Position numbers and translations under genes: made by a program
The notes under the pieces: generated by a model
Database searches by the model: none
Seen by the model: only the letters and a program-made list of their open reading frames with translations
Told to the model about the DNA's origin: nothing
From: Mycobacteriales bacterium
GTDB lineage: Bacteria; Actinomycetota; Actinomycetes; Mycobacteriales; QHCE01
Assembly: GCA_038260095.1 (NCBI GenBank)
Contig: JBBSOC010000004.1
Location: 3,341-67,340 of the forward strand
DNA: 64,000 bases
Direction of reading: 5' to 3'
Shown: positions 1 to 10,373 of the stretch, one piece after another
Numbering within the stretch: position 1 is the stretch's first letter
Layout of the letters: every line of letters starts with the position of its first letter

Positions 1-1705
1 TCGAGAACGAAGTGGCAATCTCATATAACTGTCCACAGAGTCGATGCGGCTGCAGCGTGGCAGCGGTCGATGATACTGCTGGAGCGAATCGGGCCACGCT
101 CAGCGCCAGTGCGCGTTCCGCGGGCTCGCTGATCGTGATCGGCGCGGCGAGCGCGTCCTGCAGCTGGGTTTCTGATCTCTCGGCAGCGCGACCGAGCACG
201 GAGTGAGCTCTGGCGTTGGCATACTGTAAGTACACCGAAGTGTTGCCTTCCATGGCCAACATTCGCTGCCAAGAGAACACGTAGTCGCGCTCGCGATCGC
301 TAGCGAGGTCGGCGTATTTCACTGCGCCCGCACCTACCTGGCGCGCGACCAGCGCCTGCTGCGCGACGGGAAGGTCACTGCGCTGCGCAATGACCTCAGC
401 TGCCCGATCTACAGCCTCGCTGACCAAATCGATCAACTTCACCGACTCGCCCGAGCGCGTACGAAAACGCTTCCCGTCCTCACCCAGCAGCATGCCAAAG
501 CCGACGTGCTCGGCGGCGATGTCCTCGGGCAGCCACCCGGCTTCACGCGCAACCGCAAACACCATGGCAAAATGCAGTCGCTGCTCGGATCCCACTACAT
601 AAATGAGCTGATTGGCTTTGAGCTCTTCGACTCGATACCGCACAGCGGCAAGGTCGGTCGTGTCATAGGTATAACCACCGTCGCTTTTGCGCACCATCAA
701 TGGCAGTGGTTCACCGTCAGGGTTCACAAAACCCGGCGGAAACGCGCATAAGGCCCCATCGCTGATCACGGCCAAGCCACGCCGGGAAAGCTCGGCGGCA
801 ACCTCAGGAAGAGCTGGGTTGTAGAAACTTTCTCCGCGGGCATCGGTAGGTGTGAGATCCACCCCTAGCAGCTCGTATACCTGGGAGAAATGCCGCTGCG
901 ACTCTGTGATGAACGCCCGCCACAGCGCCAAGGTGGCATCGTCGCCACCTTGCAGTTCGACCACGCGCTGCCGGGCCCGATCCGCAAACTCCGGATCGGC
1001 GTCAAATCGCGCCCTCGCTTGCTGGTAGAACGTGTTCAAGTCGGAGATGGAATGGTTCTGCGCCGCGGGATTATCAAGATCCCACCCTAATTCCTGGGTG
1101 TACTCCAGCAGCATGCCAAATGGTGTACCCCAGTCGCCGAGATGGTTCTGGGGCGTCACCTCGTGCCCAACGAAGCGCAGCACCCGCACCAGCGCACTAC
1201 CGATAATCGTGCTGCGCAGGTGGCCGGCGTGCATTTCCTTGGCCACGTTGGGGCCAGATAGGTCCAGCACGATGCGGCGAGGATCAGCTGCTAATGGTAC
1301 CCCGATGCGTTCATCGGCAGCAAGTCCGCTCGTATATGCGCTCAACCAGTCGGGGCGAAACGTGAAGTTAATGAAACCTGGACCGCCGATGGTGGGCGGT
1401 TCAGTGATGTGGTCAATATCTAGGTGGCGGCACAGCTGCTCGGCGACCTCGCGGGGAGGGCACCCCAACCGCTTAGCCAAGCTCATTGCGACGTTGCATT
1501 GGTAATCTCCGCCGCGGCCAGCTACTGAGGGACGAATCAGCGCGTCTTCCAGGTCGATGGAGTAGGCGGCGCGCGCGGCAGATCGAACACACTCGGCCAA
1601 CTCGTGCTCTAGATCGCGCGGCGCAGGTGCCACGTCAGCCGAGAAAACGGCCTCATTAGACGTCACGGCACCACTCGTAGGACTATGCGGAAAATGCGAG
1701 GACAT
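1..1705 (-). CDS. argS: arginyl-tRNA synthetase, N-terminal ~568 codons (3' end runs off the window)
   Basis: Absent from the ORF track because it has no stop in the window. My minus-strand translation from ATG 1705 stays open to position 1. It gives LSGPNVAKEMHAGHLRSTIIGSAL, HLGDWGTPFGMLLEY and KSDGGYTYDTTDLAAVRYR, which are ArgS/class I motifs. Confidence 0.85.
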   Translation of the reverse strand, partial: MSSHFPHSPTSGAVTSNEAVFSADVAPAPRDLEHELAECVRSAARAAYSIDLEDALIRPSVAGRGGDYQCNVAMSLAKRLGCPPREVAEQLCRHLDIDHITEPPTIGGPGFINFTFRPDWLSAYTSGLAADERIGVPLAADPRRIVLDLSGPNVAKEMHAGHLRSTIIGSALVRVLRFVGHEVTPQNHLGDWGTPFGMLLEYTQELGWDLDNPAAQNHSISDLNTFYQQARARFDADPEFADRARQRVVELQGGDDATLALWRAFITESQRHFSQVYELLGVDLTPTDARGESFYNPALPEVAAELSRRGLAVISDGALCAFPPGFVNPDGEPLPLMVRKSDGGYTYDTTDLAAVRYRVEELKANQLIYVVGSEQRLHFAMVFAVAREAGWLPEDIAAEHVGFGMLLGEDGKRFRTRSGESVKLIDLVSEAVDRAAEVIAQRSDLPVAQQALVARQVGAGAVKYADLASDRERDYVFSWQRMLAMEGNTSVYLQYANARAHSVLGRAAERSETQLQDALAAPITISEPAERALALSVARFAPAVSSTAATLQPHRLCGQLYEIATSFS

Positions 1706-1888
1706 TGATGAAGATTATTCCTGTGCCGCCGAACTACCTTCGAGCAGGTGGTCTACCAGCTACCAGCTGACGGCGATCGCGAAGAATTCATGGACCAAAC
1801 TCAAGGAACGCCAAGTAGCCCAGCTGATCTGTCTGCTGGCCGCGACGCAAGCCGAGATTTAGGCACAGACGTTAAACCCGTAGAATGC

Positions 1889-1974
1889 TGGTGGGCAAGG
1901 GGGGAGTTGAACCCCCACGTCCTTTCGGACACACGGACCTGAACCGTGCGCGTCTGCCATTCCGCCACTTGCCC
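1889..1974 (-). tRNA. tRNA-Leu (anticodon CAG), CCA encoded
   Basis: The reverse complement folds as a cloverleaf: acceptor GGGCAAG/CTTGCCC, anticodon stem CACGG/CCGTG with loop TTCAGGT, a long variable arm, T-loop GGTTCAACTCC, and a 3' ACCA. Confidence 0.9.
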
Positions 1975-2153
1975 TGACAGCGAGGAAGCCTAGCATGGCC
2001 GATACTGTGCAACCTGGCTAGATGAGAGCTTGACGTAACAGTCATACCGATTGGGGTAGTCGATCGCCAGTCCCCTATCGATGTGACCCATAAACAGTGC
2101 ATCATTGCTGAAAACGCCGATACGATCGAGCGTAGCCGATTACAGGAGGAGCC

Positions 2154-3011
2154 GTGGGCGTTCTGCAGCGCTTTGAAAAGAGGTTGGAGAACCTTGTCGA
2201 AGGGGCATTCGCGAGAGTCTTCAAGGGCGTAGTGCACCCGGTGGAGATTGCTAGCGCAATGCAGCGGGAGGCTGACGCCCATAAATCTTTACTGGGCGGA
2301 GGCCGCACCCTTGTACCAAACAGGTACATCATTGACTTGAGCCCCGCCGATCACGACCGGCTCGCACAATACGCGGCACCGCTCGCGCAAGAACTCGCAC
2401 AGACCCAGGCCGAGTTCATCGGGGAACAGGGCTGGATGGTGTACGGCGACGTCATTGTCGAGATCGAGCGCGGCGAGGGGCTCGACACCGGCATGTTCCG
2501 CATCGCGGCCGAGGTGTACACCGGTGGAGTAGACGATGGTGGCGATTGGCAGCAGGGCTACGGCGATGCCCAACAAGCACCCACCAGCGGCGGACCCCAG
2601 GGATACGGCGGGTACGGCGGCACGCCCGTCTCTGGCGCGGGTGGCGCGCCAACGGACCCATACGGCAATGCCGCGCAATACGGCGAGGGCTACAACTCGC
2701 CTATATCCTCTCCGACAGGCGCGGGTAACCGGCAAGCGCGACTCATCGCCGCCGATGGTCGCCAGTTCGCGGTTGCTGTCGGATCCACGGTGATCGGACG
2801 TGGCGAGAGCTCACAGGTTCGGCTTACCGATGTAGGGATCTCCCGACAGCATGCGCGGTTGGAATTCGACGGCGGACGCGTCGTGCTGACCGATTTGGGC
2901 TCGACCAATGGCACAACCGTCAATGGCGCTCGAGTGAACGCTGCGACGCTGCAACACGGCGACGTGGTCCAGCTAGGCACTACCACCTTGACGTTCCGAC
3001 TGGACGGCTGA
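2154..3011 (+). CDS. fhaA: FhaA-like protein (DUF3662-type N-domain plus C-terminal FHA domain)
   Basis: 285 aa with a GTG start after AGGAGG. N-terminus is MGVLQRFEKRLENLVEGAFARVF, followed by a Gly/Tyr-rich linker. C-terminal FHA motifs are GRGESSQVRL..ISRQHARLEF..STNGTTVNG. First gene of the conserved operon. Confidence 0.9.
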   Translation: MGVLQRFEKRLENLVEGAFARVFKGVVHPVEIASAMQREADAHKSLLGGGRTLVPNRYIIDLSPADHDRLAQYAAPLAQELAQTQAEFIGEQGWMVYGDVIVEIERGEGLDTGMFRIAAEVYTGGVDDGGDWQQGYGDAQQAPTSGGPQGYGGYGGTPVSGAGGAPTDPYGNAAQYGEGYNSPISSPTGAGNRQARLIAADGRQFAVAVGSTVIGRGESSQVRLTDVGISRQHARLEFDGGRVVLTDLGSTNGTTVNGARVNAATLQHGDVVQLGTTTLTFRLDG

Positions 3012-3014
3012 TGA

Positions 3015-3494
3015 ATGCCTGACGCTATCGTCCTAGCTGCTGCGCGGTTTGGCTTTTTAATCCTGCTCTGGGTGTTTGTTTTTGCGGTTGTGGGAGTCAT
3101 GCGTCGAGATATTTTTGGTGCCCGGCAGAGCTCTCTAGTCGCGGTACCCCGCGGTGTTAAATTCCCCAGCAGCGGAAAACCAGCCAAAGCAAAGCGCGGT
3201 AAAACTCCTAGCCAGCTAGTCATTGTGGAGGGGGCCTTAGCGGGTACTCGAATACCGTTGAAAGAAAACGTCATCACATTTGGTCGAGCTGAGGATTCTA
3301 CTGTGGTGCTTAGTGACGACTACGCTTCTACTCGCCATGCCCAACTTGCGCCTCGAGCCGGTCAATGGTTGTTAGAAGATCTGGGTTCCACCAACGGGAC
3401 ATACTTAGATGGCGCTAAGGTGACCGAACCTGCATCTGTATCTATTGGCGCGCCGATTCGCATCGGCCGGACAGTCTTTGAGTTGCGTTCATGA
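3015..3494 (+). CDS. fhaB: FhaB/FipA-like membrane-anchored FHA domain protein
   Basis: 159 aa with an N-terminal TM helix and a C-terminal FHA domain (FGRAEDSTVVLSDDYASTRHAQL..STNGTYLDG). Synteny supports the call. Confidence 0.88.
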   Translation: MPDAIVLAAARFGFLILLWVFVFAVVGVMRRDIFGARQSSLVAVPRGVKFPSSGKPAKAKRGKTPSQLVIVEGALAGTRIPLKENVITFGRAEDSTVVLSDDYASTRHAQLAPRAGQWLLEDLGSTNGTYLDGAKVTEPASVSIGAPIRIGRTVFELRS

Positions 3495-5017
3495 GTTTAA
3501 CTCTTCATTATGCCGCGCGTTCGGACCGAGGTCTGATCCGCGAGGCGAACGAGGACTCCTTATATGCCGGCCCTCGTCTACTAGCAGTCGCCGATGGCAT
3601 GGGTGGCATGGCGGCGGGTGAAGTTGCTAGCAACATCGTCATCGCAGCTTTGGAGTCGCTCGACACCGACGCCTCTTCCAGTGACCTGATAGCGCAATTT
3701 CGAACTTCGGTAAGTACGGCAAACCAGCAGCTACGCGAAGCCGTGGATTCTAACAGCGCCCTCGAAGGTATGGGTACAACGCTAACGGCACTGTTGTTCT
3801 CCGGTACCCGCATCGCGGTTGGCCACGTCGGAGATTCGCGTGCCTATGTGTGGCGTGACAACGAGTTGAATCAGATCACACGTGATGACACCTACGTCCA
3901 AATGCTGGTGGATGAAGGCCGTATCACCGCAGATGAAGCTACCATCCATCCGCAGCGCTCGTTACTCACACGCGCCCTGGACGGCCGCGAAGTAGAGCCA
4001 GAATTTTCAATCCGGGAGGCCCTGGCTGGAGACCGCTATCTCTTGTGCAGCGACGGCCTATGTGGAGTGGTCTCGACGCAAACAATCGCTGACGCGCTCG
4101 CGATCGGCGATCCCGCCAAAGCAACTGACCGACTGATCGATCTCGCGCTGCGCAGTGGCGGACCAGACAACGTGACCTGCATCGTGGCCGATATTGTAGC
4201 CACCCCCATGGGCAGCAGCGAGCCGATCGTGGCTGGCGCTGCGGCTCACGACCGGGGTCAAACCAACTCCGCAACCGCCGATAGCGCAGCCGGCCGCGCG
4301 GCGTTGGCTCGCAACGAGCTTGCCGCTCGTGCGATAGACGAAGACGCCATAAGTGACACCACCGATACCGACGCCGTAAAGCCCGATCCGCAGGTGTTGG
4401 CGCCAGATAGTGGTGAAGTAGCGCCGACGCTCGGGCAAACATCGAGCAACGCCAGCGAGCCCGGCAGCCTATCTGGCCGGGCATTCGAGCCCGGCAGCGA
4501 ATCTGACAGCCCGCGCCGGCAGCGCAGCCTCACCAGAATCGCGGTGCTGCTGGCCATCATCGTGCTCATAGTGTTGAGTTTTGGGTACGCTGGGTGGTAC
4601 TACACGCAGCAGCAGTATTACGTCGGTCCCGCGGGACCGACCAGTGACGGAGATGAGCGCCGCGTTGCCATCTACCGTGGGGTGCCGGGGTCCATCCTGG
4701 GAATTGAGCTCTCGTCGGTAGTCGAACGCACCACGCTGAAGCTAGCCGATCTACCCCAAGTGCAACGGCACGACGTGAAAAACATCGTCACAGCCGACAG
4801 CGAAACTCAAGCGCATGACATTGTCGATCGACTTGGCGATCATTTACTACCGCCATGCGACCTGCTCCGGGACGTGGGACATGCGCCAAAACCTAGCGCG
4901 ACACCGGCCCAAAACGGCTTCCATACCTCCAGCCCACCCCAAGAAGCGCTCATTCCCCAGGCTAAACCTACTGTGAATTGCCGCGAGACCAGCGGTAGCA
5001 GCCGGATGCCCAAGTGA
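3491..5017 (+). CDS. pstP: PP2C-family Ser/Thr phosphatase PstP
   Basis: 508 aa with PP2C motifs (REANEDS, AVADGMGGMAAGEVAS, GGPDNVTCIV), one TM helix and an extracytoplasmic tail. Overlaps fhaB by ATGA. Confidence 0.92.
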   Translation: MSLTLHYAARSDRGLIREANEDSLYAGPRLLAVADGMGGMAAGEVASNIVIAALESLDTDASSSDLIAQFRTSVSTANQQLREAVDSNSALEGMGTTLTALLFSGTRIAVGHVGDSRAYVWRDNELNQITRDDTYVQMLVDEGRITADEATIHPQRSLLTRALDGREVEPEFSIREALAGDRYLLCSDGLCGVVSTQTIADALAIGDPAKATDRLIDLALRSGGPDNVTCIVADIVATPMGSSEPIVAGAAAHDRGQTNSATADSAAGRAALARNELAARAIDEDAISDTTDTDAVKPDPQVLAPDSGEVAPTLGQTSSNASEPGSLSGRAFEPGSESDSPRRQRSLTRIAVLLAIIVLIVLSFGYAGWYYTQQQYYVGPAGPTSDGDERRVAIYRGVPGSILGIELSSVVERTTLKLADLPQVQRHDVKNIVTADSETQAHDIVDRLGDHLLPPCDLLRDVGHAPKPSATPAQNGFHTSSPPQEALIPQAKPTVNCRETSGSSRMPK

Positions 5018-6441
5018 GCACAGCCGCACCTGCGGCGGCAAGCCAAGGAGCTGCAGGCGATCGGTCGCGGCGCCGTAATACTGAGCTGCTGCTATTGCTT
5101 GGCGTTATTGGAGTGGCAACGGTACTGGCCGCGGCCGTGGAAGTCGCGCTCCGCGCAGAGATCACACTCGATGCAGTGTACTTGCCGGTGAGTATCGGCG
5201 CCGCCTTCTTGGTTTTACACATCGCGGTACGTTTCTTCGCGCCGTATGCCGACCCTGTCATTCTGCCCTGCGCCGCGCTGATTAACACCATCGGCATCAC
5301 CTTCATTTGGCGGCTGTCGCTCGGAAGTTTCACCGGCAGCAGACGCACCGACTTCTCCATATTTACCGGCCAAGGGTTTCGGCAACTGCTGTGGTTGTTC
5401 TGTGCGACAGCGGCGTTTACCGCTGTGCTATGGGTTGTGCGCGACCATCGCGCCTTGGCAAGGTTTTCCTACACGGCAGGCTTTCTCGGCGTTGCCTTAG
5501 TGATGTTGCCAGCAATGCTTCCCAGCAGCGTCAGTGAAATCAACGGTGCCAAGATTTGGGTTCGGCTTGGTAGCCTGTCCGTTCAGCCCGGCGAATTTGC
5601 CAAATTGGCTTTATTAGTGTTTTTTGCGTCCTACCTGGTAGCAAAGCGGGACGTGCTGTCACTGGCGAGTAAGCGCTTTATGGGGATCGACTTCCCCCGA
5701 GGACGAGACCTTGGTCCTGTGGTTGCCGCTTGGGCAGTAAGCCTGCTGGTGCTGGTATTTGAAAGCGACTTAGGTACTTCGCTGATGTACTTCGGCATCT
5801 TCATCTCCATGCTGTATGTGGCAACCGAGCGCACGAGCTGGCTAGTAATTGGCCTAGGTCTATTCAGTGCTGGAGCAGTTCTTGCCTGGACGGCTTTCTC
5901 GCGCGTACAGCTGCGAGTGGACATTTGGCTGCACCCATTCCAAGACCCCAATGCCAGTGGGTTCCAGATCGTGCAGTCACTGTTTGGCCTGGGTACTGGG
6001 GGGCTGTTTGGCACTGGGCCCGGTGCAGGCAACCCCGAGTCGTTGAATCAGTACGCCTCCAGCGACTTCATTATCGCTACAGTGGGCGAAGAGGTGGGTT
6101 TATTCGGCTTGGCCGGGGTGCTGATGCTGTATCTAATCATTGCGCAACGAGGCATACGAAGCTCACTAGATGTACGCGATTCGTTCGGCAAACTTCTCGG
6201 TGCTGGGCTCTCGTTCTCGCTTGTGCTACAGGTATTCGTGATTGTCGGAGGGGTCAGTAAACTGATCCCTCTTACCGGGTTGACTACCCCTCTGCTGTCT
6301 TACGGTGGTTCATCTTTGGTCGCCAACTGGTGCCTGATCGCACTGTTGATTCGGCTATCTGACTCCGCGCGTAAACCGCCCGGTCAACGACCCGCGGTGC
6401 TCCAACTACGGCACGCCCTCACAGAGGTGATTCACCGATGA
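5014..6441 (+). CDS. rodA: SEDS-family FtsW/RodA peptidoglycan polymerase
   Basis: 475-aa polytopic membrane protein of FtsW/RodA/SpoVE type. Start and stop overlap pstP and pbpA, and it holds the operon position of rodA. Confidence 0.9.
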   Translation: MSTAAPAAASQGAAGDRSRRRNTELLLLLGVIGVATVLAAAVEVALRAEITLDAVYLPVSIGAAFLVLHIAVRFFAPYADPVILPCAALINTIGITFIWRLSLGSFTGSRRTDFSIFTGQGFRQLLWLFCATAAFTAVLWVVRDHRALARFSYTAGFLGVALVMLPAMLPSSVSEINGAKIWVRLGSLSVQPGEFAKLALLVFFASYLVAKRDVLSLASKRFMGIDFPRGRDLGPVVAAWAVSLLVLVFESDLGTSLMYFGIFISMLYVATERTSWLVIGLGLFSAGAVLAWTAFSRVQLRVDIWLHPFQDPNASGFQIVQSLFGLGTGGLFGTGPGAGNPESLNQYASSDFIIATVGEEVGLFGLAGVLMLYLIIAQRGIRSSLDVRDSFGKLLGAGLSFSLVLQVFVIVGGVSKLIPLTGLTTPLLSYGGSSLVANWCLIALLIRLSDSARKPPGQRPAVLQLRHALTEVIHR

Positions 6442-7883
6442 ACGCCCCTCTTCGGCGGCTGTCCATTGCCATGCTGCTGCTGTTTGCGCTGCTACTGGGA
6501 AACCTGACCTGGGTGCAGTTCGTTCAAAGCGACGACCTTCGTGGCGACCCACTCAACCAGCGGGTGCTCCTTGAGGAATACTCACGCCAACGTGGGGCAA
6601 TCGTAGTGGACGGCTCGGCAGTGGCATCAGTGAAAGAGACCAAAGACCTTTTGAAGTATCAGCGACAGTATCCATCGGGTCCGCTATACGCTCACGTCAC
6701 CGGGTTCAAGTCACCTGAATACGGTGACTCCGGGGTGGAGCAGTCGGAAGACTCGATATTGTCAGGCCACGATGACCGTCTATTCGTTCGACAGCTGTCT
6801 GATCTGGTGACTGGCCGTAAACCTAAAGGCGGCAATGTCGTGCTCACGGTGAACCCAGCCGTGCAGCAGGCCACCTTCACCGCGATGCACGGTCGTAAAG
6901 GCGCTGCGGTTGCCCTAGATCCACGTACCGGAGAAGTGCTCGCCATGGTCTCTGCCCCTACCTACGATCCCAACCCGCTCGCCAGCCACAACTCAAGCAC
7001 TCGATCCGCCGCGTGGAATAAGCTCACAGCCGATGCGGACAATCCGATGCTCAATCGGGCAATCAACCAGACTTATCCACCGGGCTCCACATTCAAGGTG
7101 GTGGTCACGGCGGCGGCGATGCGCGAGGGCGACGACTCGCAGACGCGGGTACCTTCTCAGCGCAGCTACACTCCGGAACAGACCACGGCACAGATCCAGA
7201 ACTTTAACGGCAGTAGCTGCGGTGGTGACGAGATAACTCTGCAGCAGGCGCTCACCGTCTCCTGTAATACCGCCTATGCCCAGTTGGCGGTAAAAGTCGG
7301 CGAGAAACGACTGCGCGAACAAGCCCGCGACTTCGGCTTCGAATCGAGCAGCCTTGAGTGCCCGACTAAGGTTTCAACGTCTCAGCTGGGCAATATGGAC
7401 GATCCGCCTAAGCTCGCGCAATCTGGCATCGGACAGCGTGATGTTCGGATGACACCGTTGCAAGGCGCAATGATCGCCTCCGCGGTGGCAAACAGCGGTT
7501 CGCTGATGCGGCCATACCTGGTAAGCGAGGTTCAGGCCCCAGACTTCGCCGTACTGGACAAGGCGCGCCCACGAGAGTTCAGTCGACCGATGACCACCAG
7601 TAACGCCCAGGATTTGCAAACAATGATGCGTAGCGTCGTAGAAAAAGGCACGGGACGTGCCGCTCGCCTGGACGGCGTAGAAGTGGGCGGTAAAACTGGT
7701 ACTGCCGAGGACGGCGATACTAGACAAGATCACGAATGGTTCATCGGTTACGCGATAGTCGACGGTAAGCCCATTGCAGCCGTAGCTGTAGTGCTCGAAA
7801 GCGCCGGAACTTCCAGCTCTCAATCAGCTGCAATCGCCGGAACTATGATGCGCACGATCGTGAATGTGCGAGGTGGTCAATGA
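6438..7883 (+). CDS. pbpA: class B penicillin-binding protein (transpeptidase) PbpA
   Basis: 481 aa with a signal-anchor and the motifs STFK (PPGSTFKV), SCN (TVSCNTAY) and KTGT (GGKTGTAE). Confidence 0.92.
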   Translation: MNAPLRRLSIAMLLLFALLLGNLTWVQFVQSDDLRGDPLNQRVLLEEYSRQRGAIVVDGSAVASVKETKDLLKYQRQYPSGPLYAHVTGFKSPEYGDSGVEQSEDSILSGHDDRLFVRQLSDLVTGRKPKGGNVVLTVNPAVQQATFTAMHGRKGAAVALDPRTGEVLAMVSAPTYDPNPLASHNSSTRSAAWNKLTADADNPMLNRAINQTYPPGSTFKVVVTAAAMREGDDSQTRVPSQRSYTPEQTTAQIQNFNGSSCGGDEITLQQALTVSCNTAYAQLAVKVGEKRLREQARDFGFESSSLECPTKVSTSQLGNMDDPPKLAQSGIGQRDVRMTPLQGAMIASAVANSGSLMRPYLVSEVQAPDFAVLDKARPREFSRPMTTSNAQDLQTMMRSVVEKGTGRAARLDGVEVGGKTGTAEDGDTRQDHEWFIGYAIVDGKPIAAVAVVLESAGTSSSQSAAIAGTMMRTIVNVRGGQ

Positions 7884-7929
7884 TGTACCTCGTGTCCTGC
7901 GTCGAAAGTCTCCAGGGAGCCAGAACGCC

Positions 7930-9663
7930 ATGACTCAAAACCGCCTCCTCGGTAATCGCTACCAGCTGGGTGACTTGCTGGGATACGGCGGTATGGCCGA
8001 AGTGCATCACGGTCGCGACCAGCGGCTTGGGCGCGATGTAGCGATTAAGGTACTGCGTGCAGACCTAGCACGTGACGCGAATTTTCAGACCCGCTTTCGA
8101 CGTGAAGCCCAAAACGCGGCTGCGCTCAACCACCCCGCCATAGTGGCGGTGTATGACACGGGCGAGGAAAACGCCACTGACGGTTCACTGCCATACATCG
8201 TCATGGAGTACGTCGAGGGTCGCACGCTCAAAGACGTCCTGCTCGAAGAAGGCCCGCTGATGCCGCAGCGAGCGTTAGAACTTGTGGCCGATGTCTGCGC
8301 GGCTCTGGAATTTAGCCACAAGCACAACATCATCCATCGTGATATCAAACCTGCCAACGTCATGCTCACCCGTGCCGGTTCAGTAAAAGTGATGGACTTC
8401 GGCATCGCTCGGGCTATCAGTAGCGCCACGGCAACGATGACGCAGACTTCCGCGGTGATCGGCACCGCACAGTATCTTTCCCCAGAGCAGGCACGTGGCG
8501 AATCGGTTGATGCGCGCTCGGATGTGTATTCCACTGGCTGCCTGCTCTACGAGCTTCTAGTAGGCGAACCACCATTTACTGGAGACAATCCTGTAGCAGT
8601 GGCCTACCAGCACGTTCGGGAAGATCCGATCCCACCCAGTGAACGTAACAGCGGTATTACAGCGGTGATGGACGCCGTTGTACTCAAGGCTATGGCAAAG
8701 AATCCGGCGAACCGCTACCAGAGTGCGGCGCAGATGCGCACCGATCTACTCCGTGCGGCGGCCGGACGAGCAGTGGGTGCACCCGCGGTACTGCCGGCAG
8801 CCGAACGTACGGCAGTGCTACCACGGCGGAGCGAACCTGTTGCCGCGGCACCCATCGAGGACGAGCACCGATCGAAGAAGGCCGTCACCTGGGCGCTCGT
8901 GGCGCTGGGCTTGATCGCCATCTTCGTGGTGGCCGCATTCCTCACCAGGGAGGTGCTCAATACCGACCAACAGAAAGTCAGTGTGCCCAACGTAAAAAAC
9001 AAGACCCTCCCAGATGCGATCAGGATTCTGGAGAGCAAAAAGTTTAAATACGTGAAGAAGGATGTCGTGAGTTCACTGCAAGACAAAGGAATAGTAACCA
9101 ACCAAACTCCTGACCCGAATCAAGAAGCTAGCCTCGGGAGTAAAGTTCAACTTGAGGTGGGCCAAGGGCCCGACTTGGTTCATGTGCCGAATTTGGACGG
9201 GCAGCTTCGAATAGCCGCGGAAGAACTCCTCAAACAAGCAAATCTGAAGGCAAACTTCACCGAAGTCAATAGTTCCGAACAACAGGACAAAGTGATCAGC
9301 CCCACCGAGCCTCCCAAGGACGCCTCGGTGCCCAAAGACAGCACAGTTGAGGTGAAGATCTCCAAGGGTAACTTAAAGAAGATGCCAGATTTAGTGGGCC
9401 GCACAGTGGAAAGTGCCAAGGGGCAGCTGCAGCAGCAAGGCTTTACCGCCGAGCCCACGATCACTGAGGTCGCAAGCGATAAAACTCCTGACACCGTGGT
9501 AGATCAAACACCGAAGGCCAACAGCGACCAACAGCCTGGAACGGCAATCACACTCAATGTACCCAAGAAACCTGAGACATCCGACTCCACAGATCTACCC
9601 ACTGGGCGCAACCCATCGCAGCCTCCGACTATCGGTATCCCGAATGAATCCCGCAACAACTAG
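7930..9663 (+). CDS. pknB: PASTA-domain Ser/Thr protein kinase PknB
   Basis: Hanks motifs VAIKVL, HRDIKPANVM, DFGIAR and SPEQ, then a TM helix and three PASTA-like repeats. I prefer ATG 7930 (GGGAG upstream) to the track start 7864, which overlaps pbpA. Confidence 0.92.
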   Translation: MTQNRLLGNRYQLGDLLGYGGMAEVHHGRDQRLGRDVAIKVLRADLARDANFQTRFRREAQNAAALNHPAIVAVYDTGEENATDGSLPYIVMEYVEGRTLKDVLLEEGPLMPQRALELVADVCAALEFSHKHNIIHRDIKPANVMLTRAGSVKVMDFGIARAISSATATMTQTSAVIGTAQYLSPEQARGESVDARSDVYSTGCLLYELLVGEPPFTGDNPVAVAYQHVREDPIPPSERNSGITAVMDAVVLKAMAKNPANRYQSAAQMRTDLLRAAAGRAVGAPAVLPAAERTAVLPRRSEPVAAAPIEDEHRSKKAVTWALVALGLIAIFVVAAFLTREVLNTDQQKVSVPNVKNKTLPDAIRILESKKFKYVKKDVVSSLQDKGIVTNQTPDPNQEASLGSKVQLEVGQGPDLVHVPNLDGQLRIAAEELLKQANLKANFTEVNSSEQQDKVISPTEPPKDASVPKDSTVEVKISKGNLKKMPDLVGRTVESAKGQLQQQGFTAEPTITEVASDKTPDTVVDQTPKANSDQQPGTAITLNVPKKPETSDSTDLPTGRNPSQPPTIGIPNESRNN

Positions 9664-9669
9664 TGTCAG

Positions 9670-10356
9670 CTACGCGGCGTATGCGGACAGGCGGCGCTCT
9701 TCGGTGGCTGCCACTAGCTCAGCGACCCGCCCGGGTACTTGCTGATCTCCGCATTGGGTAAGCCAATTCGCCAGTAAAGCGTGCCCAGCCTGGGTGAGCA
9801 CCGATTCGGGATGAAACTGCACTCCCTCCAACGGGAGCTCGCGGTGGCGAATAGCCATGATCACGCCGGACTCGGCGCGGGCGGTGACTTCGAGCTGCAC
9901 CGGCAGGGTCTCCTCAACAATAGCCAGCGAATGATACCGGGTAGCGGTAAGCGGGTTAGGTAATCCGGAGAGCACTCCGACTCCGGAGTGCCACACTAAA
10001 CTGGTCTTGCCGTGTAGCAGCTCTGGCGCGCGGCGCACGACTGCGCCAGCGGCAACACCGAGGGCTTGGTGTCCCAAGCAGACACCCAGCATAGGCAGCT
10101 CCCAACGTTCGGTGAGCGCTCGAATAAAAACCTCGACGCAGATTCCAGCGCGTTCAGGAGTTCCAGGGCCGGGTGAAACAAGAATTCCATCGATTGGAAC
10201 ACCTCCGACCACGCGCTGGGCGAGCTCAGTCACAGTAATCTCGTCGTTGCGGCGGACTAAACACTCAGCGCCCAGCTGCCCCAGGTACTGCACAAGGTTA
10301 TATACGAACGAGTCATAGTTATCGACTACAACGATGCGAATCGGCGAGGCGGCCAT
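9670..10356 (-). CDS. trpG: glutamine amidotransferase component II (anthranilate/aminodeoxychorismate synthase)
   Basis: 228 aa with class I GATase motifs (GVCLGHQALG, QFHPES). Conserved position next to pknB. Confidence 0.9.
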   Translation of the reverse strand: MAASPIRIVVVDNYDSFVYNLVQYLGQLGAECLVRRNDEITVTELAQRVVGGVPIDGILVSPGPGTPERAGICVEVFIRALTERWELPMLGVCLGHQALGVAAGAVVRRAPELLHGKTSLVWHSGVGVLSGLPNPLTATRYHSLAIVEETLPVQLEVTARAESGVIMAIRHRELPLEGVQFHPESVLTQAGHALLANWLTQCGDQQVPGRVAELVAATEERRLSAYAA

Positions 10357-10373
10357 GCGATGAGCCTAGCGCT

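Noticed and set aside
1032-1505. 157-aa plus-strand ORF, and other plus-strand ORFs between 1 and 1700
   Set aside because: They are antisense shadows of the unlisted minus-strand argS gene. That gene's translation carries clear ArgS motifs, while the plus-strand products are Arg/Ser/Pro-rich nonsense.
2690-3277. 195-aa minus-strand ORF across fhaA/fhaB
   Set aside because: It lies antisense to two well-supported FHA genes. Long shadow ORFs of this kind are typical in GC-rich DNA, and it has no motif.
7864-9663. Absence of a second kinase gene (pknA) between pbpA and pknB as an anomaly
   Set aside because: A single PASTA kinase after pbpA is the normal arrangement in several actinobacterial lineages, for example Streptomyces. 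It is therefore not unusual.
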